Shown one piece after another: positions 48,380 to 64,000 of a stretch of DNA of 64,000 nucleotides. This stretch comes from the human T2T-CHM13v2.0 reference genome, Homo sapiens: assembly GCF_009914755.1 (NCBI RefSeq), contig NC_060937.1, one strand, 5' to 3'. Numbering within the stretch: position 1 is the stretch's first letter; each line of letters begins with the position of its first letter. The notes beneath the pieces are model-generated. The model worked only from the letters and a program-made list of their open reading frames with translations. It was not told the origin of the DNA and searched no databases. Both the position numbers and the translations under genes were made by a program.

Positions 48380-50209
48380 CTATGTATGTACGTATGTATG
48401 TATGTATGTGAGTGAGATGGGTTTCGGGGTTCTATCATGTTGCCCACGCTGGTCTCGAACTCCTGTCCTCAAGCAATCCGCCTGCCTGCCTCGGCCGCCC
48501 ACACTGCTGCTATTACAGGCGTGAGACGCTGCGCCTGGCTCCTTCTACATTTGCCTGCCTGCCTGCCTGCCTGCCTATCAATCGTCTTCTTTTTAGTACG
48601 GATGTGCTCTCGCTTTATTGTCCATGCTCTGGGCACACGTGGTCTCTTTTCAAACTTCTATGATTATTATTATTGTAGGCGTCATCTCACGTGTCGAGGT
48701 GATCTCGAACTTTTAGGCTCCAGAGATCCTCCCGCATCGGCCTCCCGGAGTGCTGTGATGACACGCGTGGGCACGGTACGCTCTGGTCGTGTTTGTCGTG
48801 GGTCGGTTCTTTCCGTTTTTAATACGGGGACTGCGAACGAAGAAAATTTTCAGACGCATCTCACCGATCCGCCTTTTCGTTCTTTCTTTTTATTCTCTTT
48901 AGACGGAGTTTCACTCTTGTCGCCCAGGGTGGAGTACGATGGCGGCTCTCGGCTCACCGCACCCTCCGCCTCCCAGGTTCAAGTGATTCTCCTGCCTCAG
49001 CCTTCCCGAGTAGCTGGAATGACAGAGATGAGCCATCGTGCCCGGCTAATTTTTCTATTTTTACTACAGATGGGGTTTCTCCATCTTGGTCAGGCTGGTC
49101 TTCAACTTCCGACCGTTGGAGAATCTTAACTTTCTTGGTGGTGGTTGTTTTCCTTTTTCTTTTTTTTTCTTTTCTTTTCTTTCCTTCTCCTCCCCCCCCC
49201 ACCCCCCTTGTCGTCGTCCTCCTCCTCCTCCTCCTCCTCCTCCTCCTCCTCCTCCTCCTCCTCTTTCATTTCTTTCAGCTGGGCTCTCCTACTTGTGTTG
49301 CTCTGTTGCTCACGCTGGTCTCAAACTCCTGGCCTTGACGCTTCTCCCGTCACATCCGCCGTCTGGTTGTTGAAATGAGCATCTCTCGTAAAATGGAAAA
49401 GATGAAAGAAATAAACACGAAGACGGAAAGCACGGTGTGAACGTTTCTCTTGCCGTCTCCCGGGGTGTACCTTGGACCCGGAAACACGGAGGGAGCTTGG
49501 CTGAGTGGGTTTTCGGTGCCGAAACCTCCCGAGGGCCTCCTTCCCTCTCCCCCTTGTCCCCGCTTCTCCCCCAGCCGAGGCTCCCACCGCCGCCCTGGCA
49601 TTTTCCATAGGAGAGGTATGGGAGAGGACTGACACGCCTTCCAGATCTATATCCTGCCGGACGTCTCTGGCTCGGCGTGCCCCACCGGCTACCTGCCACC
49701 TTCCAGGGAGCTCTGAGGCGGATGCGACCCCCACCCCCCCGTCACGTCCCGCTACCCTCCCCCGGCTGGCCTTTGCCGGGCGACCCCAGGGGAACCGCGT
49801 TGATGCTGCCTTCGGATCCTCCGGCGAAGACTTCCACCGGATGCCCCGGGTGGGCCGGTTGGGATCAGACTGGACCACCCCGGACCGTGCTGTTCTTGGG
49901 GGTGGGTTGACGTACAGGGTGGACTGGCAGCCCCAGCATTGTAAAGGGTGCGTGGGTATGGAAATGTCACCTAGGATGCCCTCCTTCCCTTCGGTCTGCC
50001 TTCAGCTGCCTCAGGCGTGAAGACAACTTCCCATCGGAACCTCTTCTCTTCCCTTTCTCCAGCACACAGATGAGACGCACGAGAGGGAGAAACAGCTCAA
50101 TAGATACCGCTGACCTTCATTTGTGGAATCCTCAGTCATCGACACACAAGACAGGTGACTAGGCAGGGACACAGATCAAACACTATTTCCGGGTCCTCGT
50201 GGTGGGATT

Positions 50210-50266
<57 letters not shown>

Positions 50267-50936
50267 CGCGCACGCGCGCACACACACACACAATTTCCAT
50301 ATCTAGTTCAGAGAGCACACTCACTTCCCCCTTTCACAGTACGCAGGCTGAGTAAAACCCGCCCCACCCTCCACCCGTTGGCTGACGAAACCCCTTCTCT
50401 ACAATTTATGAAAAAGATGATCTGGGCCGGGCACGCTAGCTCACGCCTGTCACTCCGGCACTTTGGGAGGCCGAGGCGGGTGGATCGCTTGGGGCCGGGA
50501 GTTCGAGACCAGGCTGGCCGACGTGGCGAAACCCCGTCTCTCTGAAAAATAGAACGATTAGCCGGGCCTGGTGGCGTGGGCTTGGAATCACGACCGCTCG
50601 GGAGACTGGGGCGGGCGACTTGTTCCAACCGGGGAGGCCGAGGTTGCGATGAGCTGAGATCGTGCCGTGGCGATGCGGCCTGGATGACGGAGCGAGACCC
50701 CGTGTCGAGAGAATCATGATGTTATTATAAGATGAGTTGTGCGCGGTGATGGCCGCCTGTAGTCGCGGCTACTCGGGAGGCTGAGACGAGGAGAAGATCA
50801 CTTGAGGCCCCACAGGTCGAGGCTTCGGTCGGCCGTGACCCACTGTATCCTGGGCAGTCACCGGTCAAGGAGATATGCCCCTTCCCCGTTTGCTTTTCTT
50901 TTCTTCCCTTCTCTTTTCTTCTTTTTGCTTCTCTTT

Positions 50937-50988
<52 letters not shown>

Positions 50989-51808
50989 TTTCTCTCTTCC
51001 CCTCTTTCTTTCCTGCCTTCCTGCCTTTCTTCTTTTCTTCTTTCCTCCCTTCCTCCCTTCCTTCTTTCCTCCCGCCTCAGCCTCCCAAAGTGCTGGGATG
51101 ACTGGCGTGAGGCACCATGCCTGCTTGGCCCAAAGAGACCCTCTTGGAAAGTGAGACGCAGAGAGCGCCTTCCAGTGATCTCATTGACTGATTTAGAGAC
51201 GGCATCTCGCTCCGTCACCCCGGCAGTGGTGCCGTCGTAACTCACTCCCTGCAGCGTGGACGCTCCTGGACTCGAGCGATCCTTCCACCTCAGCCTCCAG
51301 AGTACAGAGCCTGGGACCGCGGGCACGCGCCACTGTGCCCACACCGTTTTTAATTGGTTTTTTTTTCCCCCGAGACAGAGTTTCACTCTCGTGGCCTAGA
51401 CTGCAGTGCGGTGGCGCGATCTTGGCTCACCGCAACCTCTGCCTCCCGGTTTCAAGCGATTCTCCTGCATCGGCCTCCTGAGTAGCCGGGATTGCGGGCA
51501 TGCGCTGCCACGTCTGGCTGATTTCGTATTTTTAGTGGAGACGGGGCTTCTCCATGTCGATCGGGCTGGTTTCGAACTCCCGACCTCAGGTGATCCGCCC
51601 TCCCCGGCCTCCGGAAGTGCTGGGATGACAGGCGTGAGCCACCGCGCCCGGCCTTCATTTTTAAATGTTTTCCCACAGACGGGGTCTCATCATTTCTTTG
51701 CAACCCTCCTGCCCGGCGTCTCAAAGTGCTGGCGTGACGGGCGTGAGCCACTGCGCCTGGACTCCGGGGAATGACTCACGACCACCATCGCTCTACTGAT
51801 CCTTTCTC

Positions 51809-51856
<48 letters not shown>

Positions 51857-52327
51857 GATGAATTATCTTATGATTTATTTGTGTACTTATTTTCAGACGG
51901 AGTCTCGCTCTGGGCGGGGCGAGGCGAGGCGAGGCACAGCGCATCGCTTTGGAAGCCGCGGCAACGCCTTTCAAAGCCCCATTCGTATGCACAGAGCCTT
52001 ATTCCCTTCCTGGAGTTGGAGCTGATGCCTTCCGTAGCCTTGGGCTTCTCTCCATTCGGAAGCTTTGACAGGCGCAACCCCACCCAGAGGCTGGCTGCGG
52101 CTGAGGATTAGGGGGTGTGTTGGGGCTGAAAACTGGGTCCCCTATTTTTGATACCTCAGCCGACACATCCCCCGACCGCCATCGCTTGCTCGCCCTCTGA
52201 GATCCCCCGCCTCCACCGCCTTGCAGGCTCACCTCTTACTTTCATTTCTTCCTTTCTTGCGTTTGAGGAGGGGGTGCGGGAATGAGGGTGTGTGTGGGGA
52301 GGGGGTGCGGGGTGGGGACGGAGGGGA

Positions 52328-62462
<10,135 letters not shown>

Positions 62463-64000
62463 TGTTAAGGCCGGACGCAACACGGCGAAACCCCGTCTCT
62501 ACTAAAAATACAAAGCTGAGTCGGGAGCGGTGGGGCAGGCCCCTGTAATGCCAGCTCCTCGGGAGGCTGAGGCGGGAGAATCGCTTGAACCAGGGAAGCG
62601 GAGGCTGCAGGGAGCCGAGATCGCGCCACTGCACTACGGCCCAGGCTGTAGAGTGAGTGAGACTCGGTCTCTAAATAATTACGGAAATTAATTAATTCAT
62701 TAATTCTTTTCCCTGCTGACGGACATTTGCAGGCAGGCATCGGTTGTCTTCGGGCATCACCTAGCGGCCACTGTTATTGAAAGTCGACGTGACACGGAGG
62801 GAGGTCTCGCCGACTTCACCGAGCCTGGGGCAACGGGTTTCTCTCTCTCCCTTCTGGAGGCCCCTCCCTCTCTCCCTCGTTGCCTAGGGAACCTCGCCTA
62901 GGGAACCTCCGCCCTGGCGGGGGCCCTATTGTTCTTTGATCGGCGCTTTACTTTTCTTTGTGTTTTGGCGCCTAGACTCTTCTACTTGGGCTTTGGGAAG
63001 GGTCAGTTTAATTTTCAAGTTGCCCCCCGGCTCCCCCCACTACCCACGTCCCTTCACCTTAATTTAGTGAGTCGGTTAGGTGGGTTTCCCCCAAACCGCC
63101 CCCCCCACCCCGCCTCCCAACACCCTGCTTGGAAACCTTCCAGAGCCACCCCGGTGTGCCTCCGTCTTCTCTCCCCTTCCCCCACCCCTTGCCGGCGATC
63201 TCATTCTTGCCAGGCTGACATTTGCATCGGTGGGCGTCAGGCCTCACTCGGGGGCCACCGTTTTTGAAGATGGGGGCGGCACGGTCCCACTTCCCCGGAG
63301 GCAGCTTGGGCCGATGGCATAGCCCCTTGACCCGCGTGGGCAAGCGGGCGGGTCTGCAGTTGTGAGGCTTTTCCCCCCGCTGCTTCCCGCCTCAGGCCTC
63401 CCTCCCTAGGAAAGCTTCACCCTGGCTGGGTCTCGGTCACCTTTTATCACGATGTTTTAGTTTCTCCGCCCTCCGGCCAGCAGAGTTTCACAATGCGAAG
63501 GGCGCCACGGCTCTAGTCTGGGCCTTCTCAGTACTTGCCCAAAATAGAAACGCTTTCTGAAAACTAATAACTTTGCTCACTTAAGATTTCCAGGGACGGC
63601 GCCTTGGCCCGTGTTTGTTGGCTTGTTTTGTTTCGTTCTGTTTTGTTTTGTTCGTGTTTTTCCTTTCTCGTATGTCTTTCTTTTCAGGTGAAGTAGAAAT
63701 CCCCAGTTTTCAGGAAGACGTCTATTTTCCCCAAGACACGTTAGCTGCCGTTTTTTCCTGTTGTGAACTAGCGCTTTTGTGACTCTCTCAACGTGCAGTG
63801 AGAGCCGGTTGATGTTTACTATCCTTCATCATGACATCTTATTTTCTAGAAATCCGTAGGCGAATGCTGCTGCTGCTCTTGTTGCTGTTGTTGTTGTTGT
63901 TGTTGTTGTCGTCGTTGCTGTTGTCGTTGTCGTTGTTGTTGTCGTTGTCGTTGTTTTCAAAGTATACCCCGGCCACCGTTTATGGGATCAAAAGCATTAT

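Overview
This window is a human (or very close great-ape) ribosomal DNA tandem array on the + strand. It holds one complete 45S/47S Pol I transcription unit (TSS 30853; 18S 34508-36376; 5.8S 37459-37615; 28S 38784-43868) flanked by intergenic spacer (IGS). The repeat period is 46,970 bp, and 1-17030 recurs at 46971-64000 with no difference I could see. The IGS contains four Sal-box R repeats, two Long/Butterfly repeats with large (CT)-rich tracts (the second with an internal ~1.13 kb duplication), about 20 Alu elements or fragments, an L1 3' fragment, the RGC p53 element, a CTCF site and the CDC27 retropseudogene. None of the ORFs is a credible protein-coding gene; they come from microsatellites, Alus and GC-rich rRNA. 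The locus is well known and I found no new gene system. The most notable sequence-level observations are: (1) the CDC27 retrocopy looks semi-processed, with spliced exons, then a GTAAGT donor and intron-like sequence, a poly(A) tail and a 16-bp target-site duplication; (2) two IGS sites about 15 kb and 5 kb upstream of the TSS share a diverged ~160-bp cassette with CTCF-like and RFX X-box-like motifs; (3) most IGS Alus carry the same left-arm TGTAA>TGTCA substitution; (4) the CT tracts have a hidden ~200-260 bp monomer structure. Coordinates were counted by eye, and repeat boundaries are approximate.
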